Positions 38,987 to 52,831 of a stretch of DNA of 64,000 bases are shown here, piece after piece. Numbering within the stretch: the stretch's first letter is position 1; each line of letters begins with the position of its first letter. A model generated the notes under the pieces. The model made no database searches and had not been told where the DNA came from. It was given only the letters and a program-made list of their open reading frames with translations. The stretch is from Ramazzottius varieornatus (lineage: Eukaryota; Animalia; Tardigrada). The translations under genes and the position numbers were made by a program. The DNA is taken from NCBI GenBank assembly GCA_001949185.1, contig BDGG01000002.1:8603990-8667989 (forward strand). Direction: 5' to 3'.

Positions 38987-39344
38987 TAATGACCGACTGT
39001 TGATGGTCAACTTCTTGGCTACTGTCCCTATCTCCCACGAGTTTTGTCGAAGACGCCGCTTTGGAGATTCCTCCTCATCTTAGTTCTATTCTCTCTGAAA
39101 ACGTATCGAGCTTTCATGTCCGCGACTTAATTTGACGTTGCTGACCTCTGTCATGTCGCGAAAGCCGAGGGCAATTTCGCCCAGCCAAAGGGATGGCCTG
39201 TGTTGACTTATTTTGGCAGGAGACAAATGTTGTATCATGGCATTTTATTGAAACTTGCCATCTGATGTCCTAGAAAATGCCTTACAGATCTAGTGGTGTA
39301 ATACTGAGCATTCAGAAACGCGGTAGATAACAGGACCAAGATGT

Positions 39345-39582
<238 letters not shown>

Positions 39583-41289
39583 CTGCAACGAAAGAACGGT
39601 CGTCCCAAACAAGTTTGATGAAAGTTGGATGATTACTTGGCAAGAGGAACAAAGTCTGCATGATATCCAAGTTTCATCATCTAGCGGCTCCAGCGGTTCA
39701 CTTCGCAGCGTTAGTCCGCTGCTTCACACCACTCCTCGTACATAAATATATTTTGAACACAGTGGGATAACATACCTTTAAAGTTTTCTCGGTGTTGGAA
39801 GGACGTTCCGAAGAAGGAAAACAAAACGTCAGTTCGGAAGAGGTCTGTGGAGATCAGTGGAATTTAGAATTAGTTGAAAATCAAATCAACAATCAAACAG
39901 AACTTCATTTGTTCACGCGACTGGGCACCATAAAAAACCGCTCTTGTCCACAAATTGATTGAGCGACAGTCAATCAACAAATTGACGGCAAGGACATTTC
40001 AACATAGCGTGGCGGCGGTTAGCAGGTTTGTGGAATGGTGTGATGCCGTTGCGTGTCCGCATTGCACGTTCTGGTGTTTCGCAATTCAAAAATATAAATG
40101 CAGTAATGTGTTCCAACGATGGATTTCCAATGAAATGAAAACGTGAACGGCCGGAAGTACTGACGTCAGCGAGTTACCGGCCTGCTACTATGCTTGATTT
40201 CCCTCCTTGATTGACGAGGAGCAGCTCCAAAGGTTAGAAAGAGTGACGATCAGCTCAAAAAGACATGGTCAAAAGTGGATGTTCGTGTATCCATAAAAAC
40301 ACATCTCGAAACAAGACGAACACCAGGTCGCATCCAGAGAAGTCAAATGAAATGTCAGCCTGTACCCCCGAAGTAATGGCCAATAGACCATGGAGAACCC
40401 AATGTGAGCCCACTAGAAAGCGTACTGTGTAAGCCACAACCTGGGACAAAACCCTTCAGCGGGACAGCAGAAACTGCGGATCAACCGCATACCAAGAGAA
40501 TTCGAACAAGGAGGAACACATAGAATGACATGTTTTGTGTAACAAAAAACGTCCAACAGGACCACAGGATCACGAACTGAACACCAGAAACAAGACATTC
40601 TAACACGGATAAGCTATATGAGAAAGCTACGCTCCATTCTCCGCAGAAGCCAACCGTTACCGAGTGCGCTTTGATTTGAGGCTGGCGAAGAGGTCGCTCC
40701 ATCACCGTGAGAAACCAGAGACCGGAAAGAATGACTTGAACTTGAGGGAGAAGATCCAAAAGACGCGTACTGACGACTGAGAGGCAGGTGCGAAGAGCGA
40801 AGACCGTCGGACCGTAACTGCTGTTCGAAGTAGAAAGCTGGTCCGAGAAGGACGAAATCTTGTGCAACTAAATCAAGAAAGAAAACAGTCTAGAGAAAAC
40901 AAAATTCAAAAAAAGCCGTGTAGCAATCTTACCCCGTGGGAAGAAAGGCTGTCGTCTCGCCACTTCTTGAAATCTTCCATCAGCGTACTGCTCGACATGG
41001 AAGTCTTGAACAATACATGAGACTAGCGAAAAAGCTTTGGCTTCCTCCAAGCTTCAGGCTAGTGTTCGGTGTGCTCCTCGTGGTCGAAAGAGGCTGCCGG
41101 AAGAACTCTCTCGACACTTCCGGTTGCGTTCTCGGTTAACTTCCTGCGTTGGAAGGAAACTCCTGACCAGACTTGTTGTGTTTGCCGTTCCCGTTCTCTA
41201 TCGAAGAAAAGAAGCCCTGAGGGTTATTCTGCGGGGAAAACTTCGGTGAGAAACTGGAGGTAGATGGATACTATCTGGAAAATAAGAGG

Positions 41290-42166
41290 TGAGAAGCTGA
41301 AGCGTTGGCGGAGAGCTGACTTCCGCTTTGAGACCGGCGACGAAGTCCAATCGTCCTTTCGGGCCGTTCAGTCTATCTGGATCACCGGAACGCTGAATGG
41401 CGATGAGGAGTTCCTGGACACTTTGTGGAAAGGACCGGTTGGTCTGCAACTGTAAAGCAGGAAGAATGCCCTTAACTTTGACCAAAGGCAAAATGAGCTG
41501 GGTGCTCGGCAAACAAGCTTGACTAGATGGCGCATTTCGTCGGTGTTTTTGGCTAGAACCATGCGCCAGTTGATGAATCGATTCTGTTTAGTTCGTTTGC
41601 CGAGCTCCCGAATCCTCGGAAAACTGCGCTCATCCTCAATGACATTTTGCTCGGACGGACCAATGAGTGATAAACATTAGTTGATGGCGTACATTGTCAA
41701 TGATGGATTGCGTGGACGACGGATGCTGCTGATCGCCATACAACAGCACACTCCATTGTTCCGCCGCAATTCTCAGGCCGGCTTCCTGGGAAATCTGGAT
41801 AATTTGCGATAATCATACGTTCTAAATTCGTCCCTCAGTTCCATTAAGGACGAGTCGCCGTCCCGTTTCGACACTTCGAATCAGGAAGCACGGTATAACA
41901 GCTGTGCGACGTGACCCACGCTGGTCTTGGATGCTTGGGCGTGATGTGGCTTCAACTTCTGTATGATAAAGATCGCGAATACTTTCCGCCTCAAAGCTGT
42001 ATTGGTTTCCAGAGCGAGGAGGAAAAGCTTGAGAACTTCTTCGAGCATGGCTGGACCGAGGAACTGGCAACCGCGAGCGCGAACTGCCGTCCACAGATGA
42101 GTAGTGAGCTGCTGCGTGTTTTGGTGGTGAAGGATCAACTCCATCACGATCCGTTCACATATTGAC
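41290..42166 (-). pseudogene. RC3H: Roquin (RC3H) ROQ/HEPN-region pseudogene fragment with intron
   Basis: [67 protein letters not shown] / [27 protein letters not shown]|..SFPQSVQELLIAIQRSGDP. One stop and one frameshift. Confidence 0.9.
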
Positions 42167-43098
42167 CTGCAAAATTTAACACTAATGCAACATGAAATTT
42201 ATTTCTCCCTTGCAGTACTCATACTGCCCATGAGACCCTGCAGGGAACGCTTGGGGAATCCGAAAATAATCCAAGATTATTGTTCCGTACCTCGAAGCCT
42301 TGACTGCCTTCGTTCGACCATCTTCCACGAAAAACTGGCACTGAAACGACGTCAGTAACTTCCTTCGTGTGGATTTATTGATTACCGTAAAAAAATGGAG
42401 TCGAATAATCCACGAAAACCAGGCATTCACAAAAACGTCAAGTACAGAAAATTTAAAATTGTCGCGCGTGTCGTCATAACAACCAGGGCAAAAGCTCCCA
42501 GCAATCTGACACAATGCGCGACTCAAACGGGAATTTTGTTGTACCCGACCAAGCGACGATTGTCTGCGCCAGACGCTCAGCCATTCCCGCAGCAAACATA
42601 TGATCCTTCTGCCGCTCATCGTCGTCGAAGATCATCCCCGACATCATCGAGCGGTGTTGAAGTGCCACAAGGTGCCGCAAGTCTAGTTGAAGGAGCTCGA
42701 GCATCGGATGGTTCAGATGCAGAAATGCCACGATGATTTGTCTCTCATTTTATCCAAGCGTACTGCCGATCTTACAAATCAATGTATGTGGCAATCAACC
42801 TACACACATGAGACAAACCGAAAGAATATTCAAAAGGAACAAAGTGTTCGCTATCAGGAACAGATTGAGCTGTTCCGATCGACCAACACACCCAAACTTA
42901 CATAGAAACAATCAACGTGCACACGTTATTGGTTGTGACGTAAAATATTCAGCATGACCGCACTGATCACATCAAGCTATTAGCTCGACAGTTGCGAGCC
43001 ATTTTGTACATTTCTTTCGAACCTTGGATTCTGTCATCCCGTAAATATCATACAACGTTCTTTGTTCCTCTTTGCAGGGGCCTCGATTTTGGAAGAAG

Positions 43099-43700
43099 AT
43101 GGGTGGTGCGAGGAAGAAAGCTCGTAAGGAAAATGCGGATGAAGTCTTCAAGAATGCTGCCCCGAAGGGCGAGAAAGCAGCCAGCAAAGCGGATATCAGG
43201 GGCAAGAACACATCCGCATCTGAGGACGCCTCGACAAAAACCGAGACAGACGGTCCAGCTGAAGACAAGTCCGGTCCAGCTAAAGACAAGTACGGTTAAA
43301 GTGCCCTGATGCTGGCGAGAAAAGGAGGAAACATGGCCGACTTGACCAAAGTAAAAGACTCGACAGCCATCTTGGCCGGCAGACCCGTCTGGATTCGTGG
43401 ACATCTTCAGTCCAGCCGAGCTGAAGGAAAGCAGTGCCTCTTCGTTCTACGACAACAACAGTACACGGTGCAAGCCCTGGTGGCTGTCGGAGACCAGGTG
43501 TCGAAGATGGTTCACTTCGCTGTGGTGATCACGGTAGTCTTCAATCTACTCGCTTGGCGTGGTCAGGAAAGTTGACAGCCTCAGCGATACGTGTTCCCAA
43601 CAAGACGTCCAGCTTGTCATCCAAAAAGTCTTCCTTGTTGCCCCACCAGAGCCACACATCCCCACATTGGCTGCGAAAGCCTACCGTCTGCAGGAACGCA
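43099..43700 (+). pseudogene. DARS1: Cytoplasmic aspartyl-tRNA synthetase N-terminal (anticodon-binding) fragment
   Basis: [51 protein letters not shown] / TCSQQDVQLVIQKVFLVAPPEP. Stop and frameshift; no catalytic domain follows. Confidence 0.88.
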
Positions 43701-44555
43701 GTGTGACTGCAAGTTAGTGTTTTGTTTTGTGAAACAATCAATCGAACGAAAGCCTGTCCATTTCTCAACTCGTGAAACTTGGATTTCTCTGTTACCATTG
43801 TCGTCAATACCTAATCAGTTTCCAATTTTTCACAGGTTCGAATAATCCTCGTAGAGTGCAACTACCCACCCTGCCAACCGATGCTCCCGTCTTCTCTCCT
43901 CCTCCAGCATCACGGTTTGGGGGCCACTTGCCGACGACGTATGTGATGTCTGGAAGGGAAGGTTTGGCGTTCGTCGAAGTGGAAGATCCCGAAGGTTAGC
44001 ATCTTATCTTTTAACACAATAGATGATAGATGGGTCATTGGGTGCTTTGCAGATTACACCTTCGAACACATCATCTATGTGAAGAATAGCTTCGATCTAA
44101 AGATGAAAAGCCTCGGTCCAGATGGAAAGCCCACTTCCCATGGCTTCGTTGTCCAACAACTGGACCAGGCGTACGTCGCTCCAAAGAATCTAGCGAAGAA
44201 TGAAGCAGCACCTTTGACAGAAGTTTGCCACGGAGAACTTTTGCAAACAGCGCGACAACTTGCTGAGTTACACGAGACCAATAATTTTCAGTCCCTTTCT
44301 ATGTTCTGCAAAAGCGATTCTGCTGAGCATTGGCTAGCTGGTATATCTGGTCTTCTGAGAGTGGCACCGTATCACAATGCTAGAAAGCGAAACTTATTCT
44401 TTTCATCTCTAGCTTTTATTCTTGGCTGTACTAAACAGACACTGTATGTTAAGCTGTGTAAATAGCCTTTTTATTGCTTCACATGGCTCTAGTAAGCCGA
44501 AGATTTAAGATCACGGGAGCAACAAAAAAAGTCTGGGTTTGTGCATGGACCAGCA

Positions 44556-46450
44556 TTAAGTAGTTTCCAACTCAGCGAAAGCAACTCCGCGATAACTGTT
44601 GGGACGTTCTTTACCGGTCCTTGTTTTACGAGAATGCCATGTCTCCTTATCGTTTGGAAAAGCTAATGGCATGGCATATCCAATCTGCTGCGACAGATTT
44701 TTTGTAGCGTCTGGTGTAACGTTTACCTGGCCAATCACTGCGCATACCTTCAGCATAAGCTCTTTGGAAACAACGTGGGACTTTGGTCGTAGTGTCAGGA
44801 TATTCTTCAGATGACTTGCTAGAACGTTCTTTTCGTTCTTGGCCCGCTTCTTCAGAGCCGCTTCGTCCACCTTGTCTGCTTTTGTTGACTTCGGAACAGA
44901 TGGTGCCGGTTCGGGCAAATGCTGATCGTGCAAAACCCAACGTAACCCCCTTCTCTCGTCCCTTGCACGGGACTCTCTTCGCATTAAAATACTGTTTCAG
45001 CTTGTCAGGACAGTTTAGCGCTTCTTACGGTTCCCATCTATACATTTTAGGTCAGCCTCCATACAGACGGAGGTATACTGTACTGTATGACGTCAGCAGT
45101 TTTTCGAATCAGGAAAATTTGTTTTGAGATTTCCGAAAAGCTCATCACAATGTATTGAAGATTCTCAGGTTCCGAAACAACTCCAAAATGTTCACATTTG
45201 ACGGAGCGAGAACCGACGCTAAGAGCTTCGCCAGCTGAGGTTAGTGGCTGTCATCGTTCTGCAAGAACGATCCGACTTTCCACTTTGGAAAATTCTTTAT
45301 CCATGAGTGCTACAACTTTCCGTACGATAAAACAGTTTCTCCAGATGATCAGAGACAACAGAGCAGTTACGTGCGCAGCTGGGAAGTTGTTCGGTGTCGA
45401 GGAAGTTTCCGTCACAGTGGTGAGGTCGAACGAAGATACCCGTGTCAACCATCGCTTTTGAGAACGACACAGCTCGACGTTCACTAATCGCTCTGCGTAA
45501 GGCTTCAGTAGATTGGGTCTTTGCTATGTCTGCTGAGGAGCTTTCCACTATCGAGCCTTTGCCGTAGAAGTGGTTGCGATGGGGAAGGGTGTTGATCGGT
45601 AAGTAGCATCCCGCCCAACCCAAAGCTTTCACGGCGATGTCCTGTACACTGAAATAACGCAGTGGGGAATAACTCAGATGGCTCGGGCTACTATTACCAG
45701 ACTTCGAATGGAAAAGACTTGCTGAGCGTTGATCTTGTCCTGCGTTTCGATGGCTATCGTAGCCAAAATGATCGAGCTCTGGTTCAGAATAGCATAGTTA
45801 TTCATTAGAGGTTTGGTAGTGTTGGACATGCTTTGGATATTTCTGGTAACTCGCCCGATCTGGTTCTCAGGACCATAACAGGAAACAGTGGAAAGAGGTC
45901 CATAGTACCGAAGGGCCAAATGCAAGTGGCTGATGAGGTGAACGGAATATTTCATCTGCTCCACTCCGAATATTTCTTCGAACAGGCGCATGTACATGTC
46001 GCAGTAATCCTAAATAAGCAAACAAAAGTCGATGGTAATTGGGATGTTCGACACAACTGCGTAGTTTCGATCAGCTCGATCCAACTTTCAGCCAATATTC
46101 CGTACCTTCGGTTGATTGGCTTTTTGCACTGTAACCTTATCAGCACTGCATATCCAGGTAATCGTGCTCAGAAGGCAACAAAGCTTGTAAGTTTGACTTG
46201 GAAGAGCAGCTCTGGTCACCACGGGAAGTGCATGAACAGCGAACATACGAATTTTGTGAGCTTTGAACTGCTTGTATTGGGATAAACTTCGAGGCTTTCT
46301 GTTTTCATGGCTAGGAACTCTCATCGACAACCACATCTTATCCATTTGTTGACGCTGGCCTCTGGACAGCTTCAGTTTTGACACTTCGGGGTCGATCAAC
46401 TGGTCGAGCATCCACTTGGACACCTCTTCGTCCAACGTCCAGCCCATGGG
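44556..46450 (-). mobile_element. Degenerate EnSpm/CACTA(Mirage)-like transposase plus accessory ORF
   Basis: RKPRSLSQYKQFKAHKIRMF, FEEIFGVEQMKYSVHLISHL..YGPLSTVSCYGPENQIG. The downstream ORF carries an 'AFPNDKETW..GK..RG' motif. Confidence 0.78.
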
Positions 46451-46989
46451 GCCTGTGACCTAGTGTGCAAGTCGTCGAGGTAACCAGTCGTTAAGTGGTT
46501 CAGTTCAGCGACGTGGTATGGAATTTTCCAAGCTCGTCCCATCAAGCTACTGCTAACTTTGCCCCTCAAGTTCCTGTTAGCACATCGTGGAGCGGCAAAA
46601 CTGTTTCGCGATCTTCCATTAACGCCATACCCCTTCTCCCATTTGCTTCTTCGGTGAAACTAGGATTTAGTGGTGTTGGCGCTTTCTGGTAGTTGCCGTT
46701 TCCATTTTTCACGGTTTGGGAGTGTTTTGCAGATGATGGCCAGATGAATTCTCAGTGGATACGACTTCGTTTTTCCATTGTTGAAACGTACCCCGAGCTG
46801 GGGGGTCTAGCTACTGGGTTGAAGATCCGAGTCTTCTGGAACAACGAGTATCCCCATTCGAAAGCATCCGTAGTTGGCGTTGGGAATGATGCTGATATGA
46901 ACGCCCTGTACTCAAAAAGCTAGAGGAGACTGGCCAGACCGACTAACAACAGGTGAATCCCGCCTTTTCACGTTTCACTCTTATCAATA

Positions 46990-47454
46990 CGAGGTAAACG
47001 TCACAATTCGGACGTAGTGATTTTCCCGTCACAATTCGGGCGGTCTAGAATTTCATACCTCGTGGCCCGATCCGTTTGTTTTCAATGCTATCTTGTCGAA
47101 GAAGATCTCCCCTATCTAGCCAAACAGATTTGAGCACACACACAGCCTAGACCTTGAAGACACAATGCTCGGAAGAAAGGAGAGTTGCTGTAATGCTAAA
47201 AAGCCTGGAAAAAACTCAACAGCGAGGCCGAGAGAGGCGCTGCTGTCGCTTTTCGCGATAGCTGTGACCTACGTCATAGAGTCGGTTTTAATTATTTTGG
47301 GAATCCCATAAGTAAAGTAAGCCGTAGGATGTTTGCCATGACATACTTCCGCCAGTGAGCAATGGTAGAGCACTGACGCAATACCCCATTGTCGAAAGCG
47401 ACATGTGCTGCCACACCATACCGCAGCATCGCCCGAATTGTGACGTGTACCTCG
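46990..47454. mobile_element. Mariner-type MITE (465 bp)
   Basis: TA-CGAGGTAAACGTCACAATTCGGACG ... CGCCCGAATTGTGACGTGTACCTCG-TA; internal direct repeat CGTCACAATTCGG at 47027. Confidence 0.85.
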
Positions 47455-49151
47455 TAGTAGTAATCAACTGTCTCTGACCAAGCTGTCATATGACAAAGCC
47501 TGGTCAGGGCATTCAGCAACCAATCGAACACCCGTTCCGCTTGAGTAAGCATACACGAATGTCTATCACTATGTTTTAGCCACCGTCGGCAGCTGTCAAG
47601 AAGAAGGTCAAGCAAGAACGGAAGTTCAAGTCGATAGCTCAACAACAGGCCGACAAGCAGAACAGCAGGGAAGTTCTGACGCGGCAGCATCTTAACAACG
47701 CCTCGGGTCATCCTGCTTCCGTTGAGTCACTTTCGAATGAGAGTTCCGAAGACACGCTTCTGAAAAACACGGAGAAAACGTCAGAGAACGAGCCAAATGA
47801 GCAGACCATGCTTCTCGAGAACAGCGGGGTCTCGTTCGAAAGTAAGCTGCAAGCCATGCCATGATCCCTATGACACGACCAATTTCTCACAGGAAGCTCA
47901 TATGAAACGTCCACTAGTGCGAACAACACAAACGTTGTCAGCTAACTTAATTTATAGCTGAAAACGGTAAGCTTTAGCAGAATTTTAACGCCTAGCCAAA
48001 GTCGGCGGTGCGTACCAGGAAGTGGGACTCCAGAAGGAGGAATGTGCAAAAATAATTGATAGGGTATGTTTTTTCAGAATACCTCGTCTCTCCATGGTAG
48101 CTTCTTGAAGATGATTAATAACCACGCTTTTTCTGTCGATGACTCTACAGTACGCAAGGTCTTGGTCATTCTGTCGTGCGTTGAAAAGGGAATGGAGGGG
48201 TAGAAAAGGCTCCATATCCTCTTCGAAAGAATCGCTGACTGCCGGGCAGATTTGCAGAACTCAACAGTGCATGAGAAGATTTGACTATTTTAACACTCTG
48301 GAAACCATGGGGTCAAAACTATCCCAAAGTGGTAGCATTTTCAAATCTTCGAACGTCCGTTTGACTCAATCGGTTTGAAATATTTTGTTTTGCCTCGACA
48401 AGACACTATTCTATCGTCCAAGTACGATGACCAACGTCAATCAGCCACAAGAAAATTTGGACAAGCGAGAGTCTGACAATCCGCCGTTTCCGGCGTTACT
48501 GCGTCAGAATTTTCGGCCAAGCCATTGAGATTGTCCAGCTCGTCTCCAAATTATTTGAAACGTCCAGCAGAGGCTACTCTACTGCAACCAGGTATCAAGT
48601 CAGACGAGCACTGACTATTGATCGCGTTCGGGAACAGAGGCAGATTTCCATTGTATTGGTGGGAACTGCCACCAGCTGGTGACGTCATCAAGATTTGAAA
48701 GTCACAGGTTTCGAAAATTGGGTGATTGGTTAGACTTTCTCCCGCCTTGCAGGTTTGGCCAGTTAAAACAGTGGAGTGGGTCTGGATTCCATTACACCTG
48801 ATACCTAGGGTGTTGATCTATATCAGTCTAAACATCGTTGAATAGTTGCATGCGATTGTGGAGTTACTCAAGGCTCGTAAGAAAATAAAAAGTTCTCTTC
48901 GCTGAAGGCCATGATCAGCCGCGAGCGTGAACGTGGCCAGACGCAGCCTCCCCATTTCATCGCTAAACACAGTACTTCGTGCAGTATGCCGTATAAAAAA
49001 GCATGGAAGGTTCAACGCGCTAGGGCGATCATTGCCAAATTTCAAGCCTTTTCGAAGTTCTTGCATTCAGATTCATTTCAGCCGTACCTTCCCGAGTCCT
49101 ATTGAACGTTCGGCGTGGATAATTCTGAAATCTCTCACCATCTGCTGGCAC

Positions 49152-50258
49152 ATGGTCGGAATGGTCGTCACCGATGCTTCTCCGGCGCTGATGACGGGTA
49201 AATATAGTTCACTTTAGCCTAGCAGCTCGGAACAGAATAAAGGAAGCAAATTCAGTCGTACTGTACTCGGGTCAATTTCAGATCACCTAAAACCTCAGTT
49301 GGATCCCAACATACCGGTTCTTTACAGTACACGCATGTCGCCTTATTGCCAGCGAATTCGACTCATTCTGAATGCGAAAAAGGTCGCGTAAGTGTGGACA
49401 CCTTGAATACTGGCATTGATAACACCATGCAGATTTAATCAAATCAAGCCAATTGGGCAGGTTTCAGGTGGTCAACGTCAGTATATGGAGCAAACCTGAG
49501 TGGTTCGTGGGCATGACTCCCGTCAACAAACTCCCCGTCTGGCACGGACCGAATGGTCATGTAATTTACGAGTCAGTGATCATTGCCGACTACCTTGAAG
49601 AGATATACTGCTGTCGGCGATACCGGCGCTTCTTACCGGTCGATCCCTTCCAGAAGGCTATGCAAAAGTTACGGGTGGAGCATATTATGCGTCTGGTAAT
49701 TTCGAAATACCTTTTTATTGATAAGATATCGCTGAACATATTGTAAAAGACGTATTAATTTTCAGATAGAGGATCCGGTGCGAGCTGTCGGCATGAAGCA
49801 AGACCTCGAATCCGGACAGGCCCTTTTGGACGCCCTGAGCAGAGTGGAAGAGCTCCTGATGGACAACTTTTTTTCGGGTGAGCCAGACCTAAAACTTTTG
49901 TTTTGACGCAGACTCGTCTAACATGAACCTGAAGTGGTGCTACCGGCCGACGTTGTCCACAGGTCAAGAAATGGGATACGTGGACCTGATGATTTACCCG
50001 TGGTTCGATCGTGCACCATTCTACCTCAAGTTTGTAGGCATCGACTGGCAAGAAATATTGGACCGCGTCGATCGAATCATGCAGTGGCGCGAACGCATGC
50101 TTAGCGACATGGCAGTCCGTCTCACATCGTACCCGGAAGAATGCTGGGTGGCGCTACTGGAAGCCCGCCGCGCAAAAGCCATGCACGCTGACGTGGCCTT
50201 GGAACTCCAACAAAATTTTCTTAACAAACACAAATATACACCGAGCGATAGCCCGTAA
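49152..50258 (+). CDS. GSTO: Omega-like GST with Ser active site (SPYC) (exons 49152-49197, 49282-49387, 49461-49695, 49766-49877, 49963-50258)
   Basis: LYSTRMSPYCQRIRLIL, SKPEWF..PVNKLPV, YESVIIADYLEE, YVDLMIYPWFDR; all introns phase-consistent, no stops. Confidence 0.87.
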
Positions 50259-50443
50259 AAGTTTCATTCTCACAGCTTGACGGTCAACACTAGCAGTACT
50301 ACCGCATTAAGAGTAAGAAAAACCCAATGAACGTTTCTTTTCTTTGTAAATTTTTGCATGGCTGCAAGCGTTGGAAATTCAGTCTGCAAATGTTTTATGG
50401 GAATATTTCTGAGAGAAAGTGAACCTGGCTGTATTCTTCCATC

Positions 50444-50779
50444 TCACGCCGGCGCGGCAGCTCGGGTTTTCCGTGGTGGTATCTTGACCCTGATTCCACC
50501 ATCGTAGAATGGCGAGTCCTCGTTAGCGGGTGCTTCATCGGCGACAGGGTTCTTAACCGGAGCGACATGAGCAGCAGCCCCTTTCTCAGGAGTGGTAGAG
50601 CTCGTGTCGTTTACCCGAAATCGCGAGATGAGCAGACCGACAACAGTAACGCAGAGGATCAGGAGCATCACTTGAAAGTTACAGAAGATGTTGCTCAGAA
50701 CGGTACAAAGAAACCCGCGAGACTTGTCGTAGGGTGACCGCTGACGGGTGTATGATCCACTGGATCGCCGACCAGCCAT
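50444..50779 (-). CDS. Putative small single-pass membrane protein (~111 aa), unknown family
   Basis: ATG in gccATC-complement context; basic N-terminus, one hydrophobic stretch (VMLLILCVTVVGLLI), Ala/Pro-rich tail. Confidence 0.45.
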   Translation of the reverse strand: MAGRRSSGSYTRQRSPYDKSRGFLCTVLSNIFCNFQVMLLILCVTVVGLLISRFRVNDTSSTTPEKGAAAHVAPVKNPVADEAPANEDSPFYDGGIRVKIPPRKTRAAAPA

Positions 50780-52831
50780 CGTTGGAAAATAGTCCGGCTT
50801 ATTCCACTGCCAAGAGCTGGAAGAGTGGAGTAACGGTAATAGAGCTTGTTGCGAACCGACAAGATGTGACATACCGTCTTGTTCTTATCGGCGTTAGTTG
50901 ACGATTGCAACCAAAGGCAGTTTCATGCGATTGAAGTGGCTGCACCGTAACTTACTGATCACTAATCACTTTCGTGAATAATTGTCGAGGTAATTCCGCT
51001 TCCAAGCGATTTTGAAGTCTCCACATATGCAGAGCGTAACTTCGTGTCGAAGCAGGAATAACATCGACAGACATAACAGCAGTACTAATTCTGCTCGCGC
51101 TGCTACCTATTCTACGCAGCGCTCGTCACATGTCGTCGTTCGCTGCATTGAAAAGTGAAAGGTTCAATCCGGACATGGTGAGCGACTTCGAGAAAGCTAC
51201 ACTAACGAATAACTCCGAAATGGGAATTTGCAATACTGTACTGCTCGATCTATCTGTGCATGATAGCGGATAAATCAATAACAAAGGGAACCCAGTAGTT
51301 TCGTATGGTGTATCTATCCCCAGAAGTACCACGCCCAGGTTGGCAGATGCATGGTCCACATTCCGTACGCAGCTTCTAACAGACGTCCGCCTGCCGTGAT
51401 GGAGTTGTGAGTAAACAAAGGCTGCAGTCAGTGTGAAACCATATAACGAACTGTCAGCCGCCATCAGTCTGTAATTATCATCAAGGTGCACGCCCAGTGT
51501 TCTCGTGCTTGTTCGACCCAAACTTGAGTCGAGGAAATATTCCTATATTGTAATAATAATTTCGGCAGACCTAGCCGGCACAGAAACACCGCATGTTTTA
51601 TGAGCTCAGTGGACTAGAAAGACTGGGCAGTGTCCAAGTGAGGGCTACTGCGTCCGCCAGCACCAAGGTGCAAGTCGCAGTCTTCATCTTGCTGTGATGA
51701 ACAACATTCACATAAGCTTTTGCGCCTTGCACCAGGGTGCAACGCAATGAAGTCAAACATCTATTCCACATCGTCCACCGGTTCAACGTACCGTCCGAAC
51801 GGACAGTGTTACTACCTGACACATCCGTCAAGTACCTTAGCACCGTGACCGCGGCTTCATCGACCTACTGCATCAGCGGTCAGTGCTACCATCTCAAGCT
51901 CACGCCGGTAATGGGCTGACAACCGACGTCAGTTACCGTAGTTGCGAGATTTGAACTCGAGCGAATCATCGTGAATAAGCCGTACATATAACGTTCAATC
52001 GTGTCCCGATGAGTTTTCAGCGCTGGAAAATGGATGCATCAGCACGAGTATTCCATGACATGCTGCTGGCCCACGTGCTGGTTCTGTCCTTGCGGCTCGA
52101 CTCAATCCTTGACAATAAATTTAATGAAGTCTCGGGGATAAATAAAATCAGTCGGGCTTCTTCCATCTTTGTGACTTTGCGTTATTGAAGGCTTTCTCCA
52201 AGCTATTGTTAGTGTCCCCAACGAAGAATGAGTTCGGGTACGATGCAGTGGGAAAAACCCGCCTTAGAGGCCTCTACAAGACAGCGTTCAAAGATCGAGT
52301 CCATCAAGAACTCTTGTTGTGTCTGACACAGTCAGAAAGGAGACAGTATGTAGAACAAAACACCGTGCTTTTGACCTCGATAGCTGCCGTGGACGGAACT
52401 GTAAAGCTTGATTGTCGAACAATTAATTACGCTTTGTCCATCATCGAGCGATTCCTTACTGTGAAGCATTATCTTTTCTGTGTCCAATATTGATGGACCC
52501 ATCAAAGACAGCACCACTGCGCGCACAGCGCTAGAACCACGGATCGCTATATCTCTATAACCGGACTCTATTGAGTCTTCGCGAGTCACGCCTAAAGGAA
52601 GAGGTGCAGTGAAAAGATCACGGACAGTAATTTGCGACAGGCGTGCAATGTCCAAATACGAACGTCCGATGCGACATTTCCGTGCCGTCGTGCTAAAATC
52701 AGATCAGCACAGCGTATGCTTTCTGTAATAACTGCATGAAGACAAACAGTTGGGACAGTAACACTAATTTAATTCCGCAGCCTTCCTTTGACAGCAAATT
52801 TCGTTCAACTTGTATCTGGCGATATTTCGCC

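Noticed and set aside
47014-47019. GTAGTG as a possible CACTA terminus for the EnSpm relic
   Set aside because: It lies at the inner edge of a mariner-type MITE TIR, and no matching opposite end was found.
47292-47711. 139-aa minus-strand ORF
   Set aside because: It spans the MITE end at 47454. The plus strand has exon-like pieces (47580-47840), but they could not be assigned.
51600-52680. Short repeated peptide (STYRPNGQCYYL / STYCISGQCYHL) and neighbouring ORFs
   Set aside because: The pieces are in different frames, give no coherent gene model and match no family I recognise.
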